From assembly GCA_021813145.1 (NCBI GenBank), contig JAKALS010000001.1, positions 134,519-198,518 of the forward strand: a DNA stretch of 64,000 nt. Direction: 5' to 3'. This DNA comes from a bacterium. Lineage in GTDB: Bacteria; Patescibacteriota; Microgenomatia; Levybacterales; UBA12049. Each line of letters begins with the position of its first letter. Position 1 is the stretch's first letter. Position numbers and translations under genes: made by a program. Shown in pieces: positions 29,339 to 40,457 of this stretch. Below the pieces are notes generated by a model that was not told the DNA's origin, did no database searches, and was given only the letters and a program-made list of their open reading frames with translations.

Positions 29339-30205
29339 ATGGAATCTAATTACTCTGCCACGGCAGGTGATTTTGAGGCTATAGAAGAGGCCCTGAACTT
29401 CGTTTTCGACCCCGCGTTGCATCACATTTTTAAAAACAGAAAATATTTAAAAAAAATTTCGGTAATATCTTTTGACAATAAATTTTTGTATATCTGGTCC
29501 TTCAAAAAAATAAAAAATTCCAAGCCATGGAAAAAATTACCCCAAAAATGTTTTATGTACAGGATTTACCATAACATCGAAATTACAAAAACCGACAGAT
29601 CCGGTTGGAAAGCCGGAGTTTGGCCGGAATTAATATATGAATACTTACCAAAAGAACTTCTTGGGAACGATTTTGATTATCCTAAGATTTCAGGAAGCCT
29701 ATTAGGAGATTTCCTGAATAATCAGAAAAAAATATATGGAGAAACAGACAACCCTTATGCAATTAAAGAAGGTTATTTGGCGACAATCGTACATGAATAC
29801 GGACATTTGTACTATCAATTGCATAAAAATTGGTGGTTTTCGAATAAAAAATATAATTTGGATTTATTAAAAAGTTCCCTATTCCTTTATGTAAACAAAA
29901 AAACAAGAGTTAGGCCCGATTTATGTATCCCATCTCCATTTTTCTTCTCGGAAATTTTTGCTTTTTGCTGTGAATACGAGGCGGGCAGACTTTTTCTTGC
30001 AGAGTTCAAAAAGATGCTGGATAGATACGTGGCAATAGATCTTAAGGAGGCTATTAATCAAGAAAAGAAAAAAAACTTGGAGTCCGAGGACTCAGTTTTA
30101 AATCAAAATACAACAAACATAATAGCCTTTGTTTGGGGGAAAATTTTGGTAGAAAAATTCCCCAGAACTTGGCCCTCAAAGCTTTTGGAGAAAATAAAAA
30201 TTTAA
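29339..30205 (+). CDS. Hypothetical HExxH-motif protein (putative zinc metallopeptidase-like)
   Basis: TIVHEYGHLYY carries an HExxH motif; otherwise unrecognised. Confidence 0.4.
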   Translation: MESNYSATAGDFEAIEEALNFVFDPALHHIFKNRKYLKKISVISFDNKFLYIWSFKKIKNSKPWKKLPQKCFMYRIYHNIEITKTDRSGWKAGVWPELIYEYLPKELLGNDFDYPKISGSLLGDFLNNQKKIYGETDNPYAIKEGYLATIVHEYGHLYYQLHKNWWFSNKKYNLDLLKSSLFLYVNKKTRVRPDLCIPSPFFFSEIFAFCCEYEAGRLFLAEFKKMLDRYVAIDLKEAINQEKKKNLESEDSVLNQNTTNIIAFVWGKILVEKFPRTWPSKLLEKIKI

Positions 30206-30212
30206 TTGATTT

Positions 30213-30368
30213 TTACCATCCCCCTGACGGTCTTCCTCCCGGTCCCGGTCCCATTGGTCCTCCCGGTCCTCCTGATCTTGGTGGGCAAGATTGAAATTCA
30301 GGGGAACAGCCGGGTATGGGTATGACTTTACGAGCCGGATTGCAAGGCGCTCCTTCAGTTTGAGGCAT
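30213..30368 (-). CDS. Candidate small Cys/Pro/Gly-rich ORF (51 aa) in a GC-rich islet downstream of gyrB
   Basis: AAGGA before the ATG. Translation is MPQTEGAPCNPARKVIPIPGCSPEFQSCPPRSGGPGGPMGPGPGGRPSGGW*. Low-complexity GGACCG repeats could equally mean non-coding DNA. Confidence 0.2.
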   Translation of the reverse strand: MPQTEGAPCNPARKVIPIPGCSPEFQSCPPRSGGPGGPMGPGPGGRPSGGW

Positions 30369-30462
30369 ACATATAATCCTTGGCTCACAATATCCTGTAT
30401 TTGGAGTACATGGATAAGGAGTTCTTGGACTCCTGTATTAAATCACTGTCAAATTATTGGGG

Positions 30463-32418
<1,956 letters not shown>

Positions 32419-32626
32419 TTACAAAATATATCTTAATAAGTTTGGGCTGTCAATTCCAGTCATTTGTAGTTTATCCTGAGTGGAATCGAAGAACCATAAC
32501 AACTGAGTATATTTTACCATTTTCCGAAAGTCAATTAAAGAGTCAAAAAGTCAAGCTATGCTTTTTCAGGCAGTATGATCTCAAGAAAATTTTCCTGACT
32601 TCGGCTCCAAATTTTCTGAGCCGGGT

Positions 32627-33142
32627 TTACCGTTTGAGATATTTTTTAAATTCTTTTTGTCTTTCTTCTTTTGTCATTGAAAGTGCCCGATCCCAAGCAA
32701 TCCAATGAGGGTTTATTGGATCATTACTAATGGATTTTTCAAATTCTACTTCTTTCTTTGCAAATTTTTCTCCGTAAAGTTGTGTCCAAATTTCATATAA
32801 AATTAAGTAGACCAATTTGTGTGCTTCAAGGTCAAAATTTTTTTCGGTTATTCTTCCTTTGAGCTTTATGTTGTTACCTACCAACAACCGGTGACAGAGT
32901 TCGTGAACAATAGTTCCCCTCTTATCCTCTAAAGAGAGATTTGATTGAAACCTTAAGGGTCCTGAAAATGAAATTCCTCCGTATGTTACAGCATTTATAA
33001 TTTTTTCCTTGAATTTTAAACCACTTATTTTTTCGATTGTTTTTACAATCCTCTCTCCTTCTTCTTTCCAAATTCCGGCATATTCTTTAGCGGCCTCTTC
33101 ATATTCAGGCATATCATAAGAGGGGTAAAAGTTAATTTGCAT
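32627..33142 (-). CDS. Small HExxH-motif protein
   Basis: GTIVHELCHRLL carries an HExxH motif; the local motif resembles that of 29339..30205. Confidence 0.4.
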   Translation of the reverse strand: MQINFYPSYDMPEYEEAAKEYAGIWKEEGERIVKTIEKISGLKFKEKIINAVTYGGISFSGPLRFQSNLSLEDKRGTIVHELCHRLLVGNNIKLKGRITEKNFDLEAHKLVYLILYEIWTQLYGEKFAKKEVEFEKSISNDPINPHWIAWDRALSMTKEERQKEFKKYLKR

Positions 33143-33251
33143 AAGCTGAGTATATCACTTAAGAGAAATCACAAGTGCTCTAATGATTCGAATCATAGTG
33201 TCACATTTTTAAAAGGGGTTTTGATAAGCATTAACCGGAGTTGTTTTTGTT

Positions 33252-33551
33252 TTAAGTTTTTGAGGCGTTTATCTTTTTTATTTCTGTCATTGCTCCGCGT
33301 ACTATAAACTGGCCCGTATGAATTGTCTCTACAGGATGTTCAGACATAATAACCCCTGTTTGGGTAATTGCTACTCCGTCTTCTCCTTCAAAGTCGAGTC
33401 TTCCCCAGCTTTTTACAATAACAGCCGATGTTGCCGGCTTTTCTCCCTGATATGCAAAATGGTCGCGCCAAGTAACCTCCACGATGTCTCCGGGGACCGG
33501 TCTTAAGGCAGAAATTCTTCTTTCACGAAATGCTTCTTGTTGAATAGCCAT
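33252..33551 (-). CDS. Hypothetical protein
   Basis: 99-aa ORF; no motif recognised. Confidence 0.35.
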   Translation of the reverse strand: MAIQQEAFRERRISALRPVPGDIVEVTWRDHFAYQGEKPATSAVIVKSWGRLDFEGEDGVAITQTGVIMSEHPVETIHTGQFIVRGAMTEIKKINASKT

Positions 33552-33672
33552 TAGCGTAGAGGGATAGAAGGATTATATTAGAAAGATATTTTAAGTGCAA
33601 TAGTTATAAGCTTTGTTAATTCTTACTCTTTTTTCATAATAAAAAGTTATTATTGTCGGGAAAGGAGAAAAT

Positions 33673-33834
33673 ATGCAGGAACATAAACCCGAATATGAAA
33701 AAGGAAAACCTCCTCCGCCTCCCCCGCGGGAAGTTCCTTCTTATATAATGAAGGAGCTTTTGGAGATAAGAGAAAAACTGGGAAGGCTCGAAGGCATGGT
33801 AGAGGTTTTGCTGAAGATAAGTAAAGAGCAATGA
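33673..33834 (+). CDS. Small protein (53 aa) with a hexaproline run, translationally coupled to the downstream methyltransferase
   Basis: AAAGGAG at 33661-33667, ATG at 33673. Translation is MQEHKPEYEKGKPPPPPPREVPSYIMKELLEIREKLGRLEGMVEVLLKISKEQ*. The stop overlaps the next ATG (ATGA). The antisense track ORF 33634..33831 is judged spurious. Confidence 0.45.
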   Translation: MQEHKPEYEKGKPPPPPPREVPSYIMKELLEIREKLGRLEGMVEVLLKISKEQ

Positions 33835-34277
33835 AAAAGTATTTGCAAGAGCCGCCTACTCTTTTTGTTTCGACTTTTATAATTGAGGTTTTTCTCCATT
33901 TTTATTTTCCTATCGCAAGAATAATTCCTTTGCAGTTTAAAGATACAGGAATTATTGTTGTTTTGTTTGCCGTTGTTCTTTCTCTTTGGCAGTTTTTTAC
34001 GATGAACGGGAAAACCCCTATTCCCTACTGGAATAAACCCAGAAAGCTGATTACTTCGGGACCCTTCCGTTTTACAAGAAACGCCTTTTACTTAAGTATT
34101 GTGCTTATTAATTTTGGAGTTGCGGTTTATCTTACTTCCCTGTCTCCGTTTATAGCGGTAGTTATAGCATTCATCATTTTTAATAATTATTTTATTCCTA
34201 AAGAAGAAAAAGTCCTCGAGAACACATTAGGTAAAAACTATCTGGATTATAAAAAGAGAGTCCGCAGATGGATTTAA
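33831..34277 (+). CDS. ICMT/PEMT-family membrane methyltransferase
   Basis: ...LITSGPFRFTRNAFYLS... is the typical isoprenylcysteine carboxyl methyltransferase family motif. Confidence 0.6.
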   Translation: MKKYLQEPPTLFVSTFIIEVFLHFYFPIARIIPLQFKDTGIIVVLFAVVLSLWQFFTMNGKTPIPYWNKPRKLITSGPFRFTRNAFYLSIVLINFGVAVYLTSLSPFIAVVIAFIIFNNYFIPKEEKVLENTLGKNYLDYKKRVRRWI

Positions 34278-34873
34278 TAATCGAGATCGTGTCCGTGTTT
34301 GGGGCTTGCAGAATGAATTTTTACTCCCGATGCTTCTCCAACTTTTTCTAGTTTTTGGGGCCTTCGTCTTATCAGGGAAGTTGTCGGATTTACGTTTCCT
34401 TCCCTTGATATTCCTACAGGCATGAAGAATTCTTCACCCTGTTTATTTGCAATTAAGGCTAAGCCTTGAAGAAAACTTTTTGCATCAATGCTGCTTCCTC
34501 CAATTCCTTCTATGGCTACAAGCAGACCCTCGCGTACAGGAGAATTGTCCAATTGGACTCTTAAGGTTCTATTTTTTTCAATAACCTCATCCAATATTCC
34601 TTTGCCTTGTCCTGCAATAGCAACCCCAAATTCAATCATGCCTGCTACGACCGTATCTCCGTGTTCTTCCATTGAAATTGCCGTGTTTATGTCAAAATCG
34701 GAATCGTGGGGAAAAGTTTGTAATAAATAATGTGCGGCAATAGCGAGCCTCCTCTTATTTGCCGCAATTTCGGTTTCCCTTTCCACCGGCCTGACTGCAG
34801 GATTTTTTTTATCTGGAAATTTTTCTACTAATGACATAGGCGCGATACTACTCTTGTTGGGGGTGAAAGTCAA
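34274..34873 (-). CDS. Hypothetical protein
   Basis: 199-aa ORF; no motif recognised. Confidence 0.4.
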   Translation of the reverse strand: MTFTPNKSSIAPMSLVEKFPDKKNPAVRPVERETEIAANKRRLAIAAHYLLQTFPHDSDFDINTAISMEEHGDTVVAGMIEFGVAIAGQGKGILDEVIEKNRTLRVQLDNSPVREGLLVAIEGIGGSSIDAKSFLQGLALIANKQGEEFFMPVGISREGNVNPTTSLIRRRPQKLEKVGEASGVKIHSASPKHGHDLDY

Positions 34874-35026
34874 CTATAGGGCGTATGTATTCCCTTTACT
34901 TTATAAACGTTGTGTTTTTCATCCTCCGACTTCACACCCCTCCCAGGCGTTATGGCCTCATACCTAGTCGCTTAGGGTCTAGCTTTATGAACCTTACAAA
35001 CTATATAACTTTATAAACTATCCTAG

Positions 35027-35383
35027 TTACCTTTTTGCCCTTTGAGGAAGAGTGGGTTCCCACCTTAATTTATACGTGCTGTTTATTTCATATTTTTTCC
35101 CGAATTCCGTTATTTCCCTTTTATGTAATTCTCTTTCCGAAATCGTTTTTCCCAAACGGTCTTTTTGTGTTACCTTAACTTTATCCTCAGAGGTTACTCT
35201 TAAAGTTGCAGGTATAGGATAAGGCAGTGGGAGTGTCCCATTCTCTAGGGCTGAATAAAATTGCTCATCCGTCATCCTTTCCTGATAATGTATATTTTCT
35301 TCTGTCCCGGGTTCTAAAACTATTCCTCTTCTTACATTTCCAAAAACGGGAACATGGACTTCGTAAATATATTTAACTGTCAT
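35027..35383 (-). CDS. Hypothetical protein
   Basis: 118-aa ORF. Confidence 0.35.
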   Translation of the reverse strand: MTVKYIYEVHVPVFGNVRRGIVLEPGTEENIHYQERMTDEQFYSALENGTLPLPYPIPATLRVTSEDKVKVTQKDRLGKTISERELHKREITEFGKKYEINSTYKLRWEPTLPQRAKR

Positions 35384-35598
35384 AGTGGCCTATTATACCA
35401 TTACAGGCTAAATTAGCCTTTTCTTGCGGCTTTTGAATGTAATGAAGGGCGGACTGAGTCGTAGGCCTCTTTGAGTTCTTCTTTTACAATAGTCGGACTC
35501 CAACTATTGCGAAGGAATAAGAACAATGGGAAAACCCGTGCTTTTTGGCAAAATCTTTTATAAAGAAGCCTTAATAGTGCAGGAACCTTTGAACAAAT

Positions 35599-35934
35599 TT
35601 AGGCGACATCATCAGGGTCGGCTGTTTCTGTTTTTCTATAAAGAAATATTCTATGCGGTTTGCTGCTCCCCCTTTTTTCTATCAGGGCTGTCCTACAGCG
35701 GATATCACCATTTCTTTCCATCTGTATAAGACTCAGGTAAATGATTTCAGGTTCCAGGGCTTTTTCGGCAAGGCCTAACGGATAAAGCTCCGTAACTCTT
35801 TTTCTTATTTCATAACCCGTTACTTCGGTTCTTCCCTCCCCGCTTAGAGATTCAATGGCATCCAGAACTTTAGGTCTTATCTGTTGGGTTGATTTTTGTA
35901 CCATGCTTTCAAGGTTTCTTATAAGCCGTTCCAC
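35599..35934 (-). CDS. Small winged-helix-like protein, paralog family A (copy 1 of 3)
   Basis: RPKVLDAIESL...IIYLSLIQMERNGDI...KPHRIFLYRKTE aligns with copies at 37068..37391 and 39644..39952. Confidence 0.45.
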   Translation of the reverse strand: MERLIRNLESMVQKSTQQIRPKVLDAIESLSGEGRTEVTGYEIRKRVTELYPLGLAEKALEPEIIYLSLIQMERNGDIRCRTALIEKRGSSKPHRIFLYRKTETADPDDVA

Positions 35935-35986
35935 ATCTTAATTATAGCATTGAACAAAGCTCTATAGCTTGCTATAATCCCAAATT

Positions 35987-36313
35987 ATGGCGATTGAGAG
36001 CAGGCCGGAACAAGCTTCGAACGAGGCTTTTGAGAAGGCACCGCTTAAACTGGGCGCGGGTGTAATTCTCATGGAAGGGGTAGGGGGAGAGGCTTACTCC
36101 GTATATCTTGCCTGGAAAGCAGCGAAAGAAGTAAATCAGGCTACCTATTCTCTGGTTCAAGGAAGAGAACATGCATTTGACGCTTCGCTTGCACAGGTAA
36201 AAAAAGATGCGACAAGCGCTTTTGTGGGAGGAGCTCTTCTCAGTCCTTCGTTTGTTATTTTGGGGCTTGCAATTTTAAACAAGTTGACTGCTTCTTCGAG
36301 AAGAAATTCTTAA
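35987..36313 (+). CDS. Hypothetical Ala-rich protein with a C-terminal hydrophobic segment
   Basis: 108-aa ORF; converges on and overlaps 36310..36579 by 4 nt. Confidence 0.3.
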   Translation: MAIESRPEQASNEAFEKAPLKLGAGVILMEGVGGEAYSVYLAWKAAKEVNQATYSLVQGREHAFDASLAQVKKDATSAFVGGALLSPSFVILGLAILNKLTASSRRNS

Positions 36314-36579
36314 GTTCTTCTTTTTTTGAGTTTCTCTCTTTTTTCTACAGGTAATCTTTCTACCCTACCTGTTAGATGATACTCCAGAAGTTCGGATGCA
36401 TGATATACCGCTTCCTTTTCATTTATTCCCATAAGCTTGTGGTTAAGAAGAGCGTTAAGTCCAGAGCACAATGCTTCCCTTCTTAATTCCTGCTGTTCCT
36501 TGGTTAAAGCATTAAATTCCGGGGTTCCCCTCTCCATTGATTCAAGATTTTTCATTGGGCGGATTATACCACCTATCAT
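36310..36579 (-). CDS. Small protein, family B (shares the C-terminal ..YHLTGRVE with 39952..40188 ..KHLTGER)
   Basis: MIGGIIRPMKNLESMERG... N-terminus also resembles 40458..40778 MSSGMFINIIPSMEILRG. Confidence 0.35.
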   Translation of the reverse strand: MIGGIIRPMKNLESMERGTPEFNALTKEQQELRREALCSGLNALLNHKLMGINEKEAVYHASELLEYHLTGRVERLPVEKREKLKKRRT

Positions 36580-36633
36580 TTCAGAATTTAAGTTATTGAT
36601 TTTTACTTTTTTTGTGTGATATAAACCGAACTT

Positions 36634-37071
36634 ATGGGAGAAAGATTATCTTCTGCCCGATTCGAACAAGATCCGGAAATCCAAAGAGAAATTCAACTTC
36701 ATGAAGTCCTGCAAAAAAGAGGACTAGCTATTTGCTCTTCAGAAGAACATTCCTGTGACAGTCCTATTTCCCTTTCAGATGCCGTTCTTATTTTTGAAAG
36801 GGAAGTTTTTCCTCAGAATTATAAAAATCCTGAGAATTTGGAAAGAACAAGGTTTGAGGTTCTTTGCCCCAAACATGCAAGACTTGAGGATCAGTATCTA
36901 AAACCGACGGGTACGCCATGGTATGGAGACAATGTAAGAAGCGAAGTTATTGAAGTTGAAGGAAGGTTTGTAAGAAAAATAGACGGAAAAATCGTACGCG
37001 GAACGCCTGTTCAAGGAAAACCTTCGGAAGAACTTTTTAACAGATTCGGAATTTCTCCTGCTGTCCATTAA
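36634..37071 (+). CDS. Hypothetical protein
   Basis: 145-aa ORF with protein-like composition; the antisense 72-aa ORF is judged spurious. Confidence 0.3.
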   Translation: MGERLSSARFEQDPEIQREIQLHEVLQKRGLAICSSEEHSCDSPISLSDAVLIFEREVFPQNYKNPENLERTRFEVLCPKHARLEDQYLKPTGTPWYGDNVRSEVIEVEGRFVRKIDGKIVRGTPVQGKPSEELFNRFGISPAVH

Positions 37072-37391
37072 CTCTCCCTGTCCTCGGGATTGCTTCTTTG
37101 GTACCTGTAAAACCATCTTCCAGTTGGGTCTTCAAGGTTAGGCCTGTAAATCCCTTTTAGTGCTCCCGATTCCCTCATTCTTTCCAGTGCAATATAAACT
37201 TTATATTCCGGAACATTAATTATTTTGGGATCAAGGGACTTCATGGCTTCCAATATTAGATTGGGTGTTGTAGGTAAATCTCTTGCATTTAAAGCATCTA
37301 TTGCATCAAGTACTCCCGGCTTAAGAGCGTCTACCCCATTTAGTCTGTCCGATAGTTTTTGCGACAAATTATTCAGTCTTTCGTTAAACAT
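37068..37391 (-). CDS. Small winged-helix-like protein, paralog family A (copy 2)
   Basis: KPGVLDAIDALNARDLPTTPNLILEAMKSLDPK...YKVYIALERMRESGAL...RWFYRYQ. Confidence 0.45.
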   Translation of the reverse strand: MFNERLNNLSQKLSDRLNGVDALKPGVLDAIDALNARDLPTTPNLILEAMKSLDPKIINVPEYKVYIALERMRESGALKGIYRPNLEDPTGRWFYRYQRSNPEDRES

Positions 37392-37459
37392 GAAGAGGAA
37401 TTATAGCACACAAGCTTTATGTTTGCTTTTAAAATAGGTTTAGTGTATAAGAAAATTTA

Positions 37460-38200
37460 ATGGGCAAGAAAATAATTGCTGTAATGCCTGCCTATAATGC
37501 AGAGAAAACTCTGGAAAAAACCTACAAAGATGTCCCCAAAGGTCTGATTTCCGAATTTATCCTTGCAGACGATAAAAGCTCCGATAGAACAGTGGAAATA
37601 GCAAAAAAACTTGGGCTTACCGTTATTTCACATAAAAATAATACGGGGTACGGCGGAAATCAGAAGACTTGTTATAAAGAAGCTTTAAAAAGAAACGCTG
37701 ATATCATTGTAATGATACATCCCGACTACCAGTATGACAGTTCCCTTACGCAGGATTTAGTGTCTCCCATAGAAAAAGGAAGATTTGACATAATGTTCGG
37801 AAGCAGAATAAGAACAAGACGCGAAGCTTTAGACGGAGGTATGCCTTATATAAAATACCTTATAAACAGGATCATGGCTTTGGTTGAAAATTTAATTCTT
37901 GGTGTAAACTTTACGGAACATTTCAGCGGATTTAGAGCATACTCGGCTGAGGTTTTAAAAATCCTTCCCTTTAATGATTTCAGTGACGATTTTGTTTTTG
38001 ATCAGGAATTAATGATTTCGGCGATTGCCTATGGCTTTAAAATAAGTGAATATCCTGTTCCCGTAAGGTATTTTTCCGAGAGTTCTTCTATACAATTTTT
38101 AGCCGGGAGTAAATTTTTACTTGAAACCATACGTACTCTCTTTTTATTTATACTTTTAAAGCTTAGAATATATAAAAGCAGGATATTTAATTTTAAGTAA
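37460..38200 (+). CDS. GT2 glycosyltransferase (polyprenol-phosphate sugar synthase, Dpm1/ArnC-like)
   Basis: IIAVMPAYNAEKTLEKT...ILADDKSSDRT...; the DxD-containing GT-A fold. Confidence 0.8.
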   Translation: MGKKIIAVMPAYNAEKTLEKTYKDVPKGLISEFILADDKSSDRTVEIAKKLGLTVISHKNNTGYGGNQKTCYKEALKRNADIIVMIHPDYQYDSSLTQDLVSPIEKGRFDIMFGSRIRTRREALDGGMPYIKYLINRIMALVENLILGVNFTEHFSGFRAYSAEVLKILPFNDFSDDFVFDQELMISAIAYGFKISEYPVPVRYFSESSSIQFLAGSKFLLETIRTLFLFILLKLRIYKSRIFNFK

Positions 38201-39417
38201 TGAAATTTATTATAAAAAACTCAAGGCTCATAATTTTTTTGGGCCTTTTGATATTCTCCGTAATTTCATCGGTCCTGATAATGTCTGTTGCCAACAGGCA
38301 TGTCTATGACTATCACCTTTCGCTTCTCGCTTATCAGTTCTCAAGACTGCATTTGGCCATACCGCCATTGGATGTGCCTTACGGAGATGTAGTAAATTTC
38401 CATAGCACTTTTTATCTTTATTTCGGACCGCTTGCTTCCATAATCCTTGCGCCTTTTACAGTAATTTTCGGGAAATATTTTCCCCAAGTTCTTCTGGGAA
38501 TCGGCTCGATGATAGCTTCCTTTTTCATTGTTTACTCTATTTCAAAAGCTTATAAGTTTAAAAAAGAAGATTCTTTACTCCTTGGTCTTTTCTTTGTTTT
38601 TTCAACCGTATTATTCGGAGTAGGGATAATAAATATAAGCGCCTACCAGGTTCAGGCTCTTGGAGTTCCTTTTGTCCTTTTGGCAATAAGGGAATATCTT
38701 TTAAAAAAAAGACCTTTACTGATAGGAATTTTTATAGCACTTGCAATACTGACACGAGTGACTCTTTTGTTATCCGTAGTTTTTTTCTTTATCGAATTTT
38801 TATACAAGAGAATTTCATTAAAGAACTTTGTATTGATTATGATTCCAATTGTTATCTCCGGTATGATATTGGCAGGTTACAACTATAGAAGATTTCATTC
38901 TTTTACCGAAACCGGGTATGCCTACAATCAAACATTAAATACATTCCCAATGTCTTCAAATTTAAAAGCAGGTTTTTTCAGCGTTGCCCACGTTCCTGCA
39001 AATTTATACAGTTTTTTGATTATGCCACCGGATCCTGTTGTAAGAGGTGGCGGTGGTTTTGTATTAGATTTTCCCTATCTTAAGGCGAATCCCTGGGGAA
39101 TGGCAATCTGGTTTACTTCCCCGCTCTTTTTATTATTATTGTTTAAATTCAAAAAGGATAAATTTTCGGTTTCTGCAGCTTTGGCCGCCTTTGCTCTTGC
39201 AATTCCGTCTTTTATTTATTTTGGAGTAGGGTTTTCCCAGTATGGGTACAGATATGCTTTGGATTTCCTCCCTTTCCTTTTTATGCTTCTTCTCTCATCT
39301 CTTTCGCCAAAACTTTCTAAAACTGCAGTAACTTTAATAGCGATAGGAGTGATCTTTAATTGCCTTTATATGGCAAGCCTTTGGAACAGTTATCCTATTT
39401 TCGGAATTTTTAGATAA
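38200..39417 (+). CDS. GT-C membrane glycosyltransferase (PMT/ArnT-like, GT39/83 family)
   Basis: 405 aa, about 11 TM helices, immediately after and overlapping the GT2 gene (ATGA). Confidence 0.5.
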   Translation: MKFIIKNSRLIIFLGLLIFSVISSVLIMSVANRHVYDYHLSLLAYQFSRLHLAIPPLDVPYGDVVNFHSTFYLYFGPLASIILAPFTVIFGKYFPQVLLGIGSMIASFFIVYSISKAYKFKKEDSLLLGLFFVFSTVLFGVGIINISAYQVQALGVPFVLLAIREYLLKKRPLLIGIFIALAILTRVTLLLSVVFFFIEFLYKRISLKNFVLIMIPIVISGMILAGYNYRRFHSFTETGYAYNQTLNTFPMSSNLKAGFFSVAHVPANLYSFLIMPPDPVVRGGGGFVLDFPYLKANPWGMAIWFTSPLFLLLLFKFKKDKFSVSAALAAFALAIPSFIYFGVGFSQYGYRYALDFLPFLFMLLLSSLSPKLSKTAVTLIAIGVIFNCLYMASLWNSYPIFGIFR

Positions 39418-39419
39418 TT

Positions 39420-39647
39420 TTAGCTGGGGATTACATTTTTGTTGGCTCTTCCGAAATGGCCCGATTTCTGGAACAACCAGACCGCAATTTCCGTATCTCT
39501 TAGTTCTCTCGAGCTTAAATTCTTTTTAAGTCCGTTCCTGAATGGGTGGTCCATAAGTATTCTTGAAAGCGCAAATCCGAAATGCCGAGCGTCTTTTTCA
39601 CTCACATCTCTTAATGTAACCTGTCTCGGGTTTTCAATCCATGTCAT
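39420..39647 (-). CDS. Small protein downstream of family A copy 3
   Basis: 75-aa ORF overlapping the upstream gene by 4 nt. Confidence 0.3.
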   Translation of the reverse strand: MTWIENPRQVTLRDVSEKDARHFGFALSRILMDHPFRNGLKKNLSSRELRDTEIAVWLFQKSGHFGRANKNVIPS

Positions 39648-39952
39648 ATTTGCTTCTCCAATGGAGCCCTTCTATAAACATATTGATTTCTTTCTTTACC
39701 AGGCTGGTGAATTTCTTCGCTTCTTAAGACACCGTTTTCCTCCAGTCTTTCAAGAGCTATTTCTATTGCTAAAGGCTGAACATGACCCATATCCGGATTT
39801 AAACTTTTGACTGCTTCGGTAACTATATTGCAGGTTGTAGGAAGTCCGATTCGGGAAAGCTCATCTACTGCCTGTAATACCTCGGGTTTTAATTTATCTA
39901 TTCCGCTTACTCTGTCTACAAAGGAATCTGCGAGTTTATAAAGCCTTTCCAT
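39644..39952 (-). CDS. Small winged-helix-like protein, paralog family A (copy 3)
   Basis: KPEVLQAVDELSRIGLPTTCNIVTEAVKSLNPD...AIEIALERLEENGVLRSEE...YVYRR. Confidence 0.45.
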   Translation of the reverse strand: MERLYKLADSFVDRVSGIDKLKPEVLQAVDELSRIGLPTTCNIVTEAVKSLNPDMGHVQPLAIEIALERLEENGVLRSEEIHQPGKERNQYVYRRAPLEKQI

Positions 39953-40188
39953 TATCTTTCTCCCGTTAGATGTTTTATAGCAAGTCTTTGCATGTCATAT
40001 TCCGAATAGCTTCGGATAATGTCGAAGATTACTATTTCCTGTTGATACTGTTTCCTATATTTATGATTTTGCAAGTCTATTGAAGATAAGGCGATGTGGA
40101 TAGAATTCTCTCTTTGCAGTTTTGCTCTTTTTTGCCATACGTAATGTTCGCTCCTTAAAAGTCCGTAAGCCCTTAATTTTTCCATCAT
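39952..40188 (-). CDS. Small protein, family B
   Basis: 78 aa ending ...AIKHLTGER; 1-nt overlap with the downstream A copy. Confidence 0.35.
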   Translation of the reverse strand: MMEKLRAYGLLRSEHYVWQKRAKLQRENSIHIALSSIDLQNHKYRKQYQQEIVIFDIIRSYSEYDMQRLAIKHLTGER

Positions 40189-40216
40189 GCGATTATATCA
40201 AAATTATAATTTTGTC

Positions 40217-40420
40217 TCATTTTCTAAAAAGTTCTCTTACGTTTCTTTGAGAAAGAGCCCCATCCTCTCCCCATCCCGGATTCATTGCGTCTTCTATTGT
40301 AAAACTATAAATAACTTCACCTGTTCCTCCGTCAAGAATATCCTGTTCGGCTGCTGTTTTTTGCATAAGTTGCCTATTTTCCTCCCATATTACAAGATGA
40401 CTGTTTAAATTTTCCTTCAT
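40217..40420 (-). CDS. Small hypothetical protein
   Basis: 67-aa ORF in the same minus-strand operon. Confidence 0.3.
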   Translation of the reverse strand: MKENLNSHLVIWEENRQLMQKTAAEQDILDGGTGEVIYSFTIEDAMNPGWGEDGALSQRNVRELFRK

Positions 40421-40457
40421 ATTTTAATCGGTAAACCTTTTTTATTGCAGAGGAAAT

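Noticed and set aside
30176-30388. 70-aa minus-strand ORF (acidic, DQEDREDQWDRDREEDRQGDG)
   Set aside because: It is an artefact of reading the GGTCC/GGACC repeat islet in another frame. It has no start context and is pure low complexity.
33634-33831. 65-aa minus-strand ORF from the track
   Set aside because: It is antisense to a better-supported + strand small ORF (SD plus ATG at 33673, coupled to the downstream gene). Its composition is Phe/Arg-rich and odd.
34898-35018. 11-bp direct repeat ACTTTATAAAC x2 as att-like boundaries of an integrated element
   Set aside because: The two copies are only 110 bp apart inside one intergenic region, so they do not bracket the island. No integrase is adjacent.
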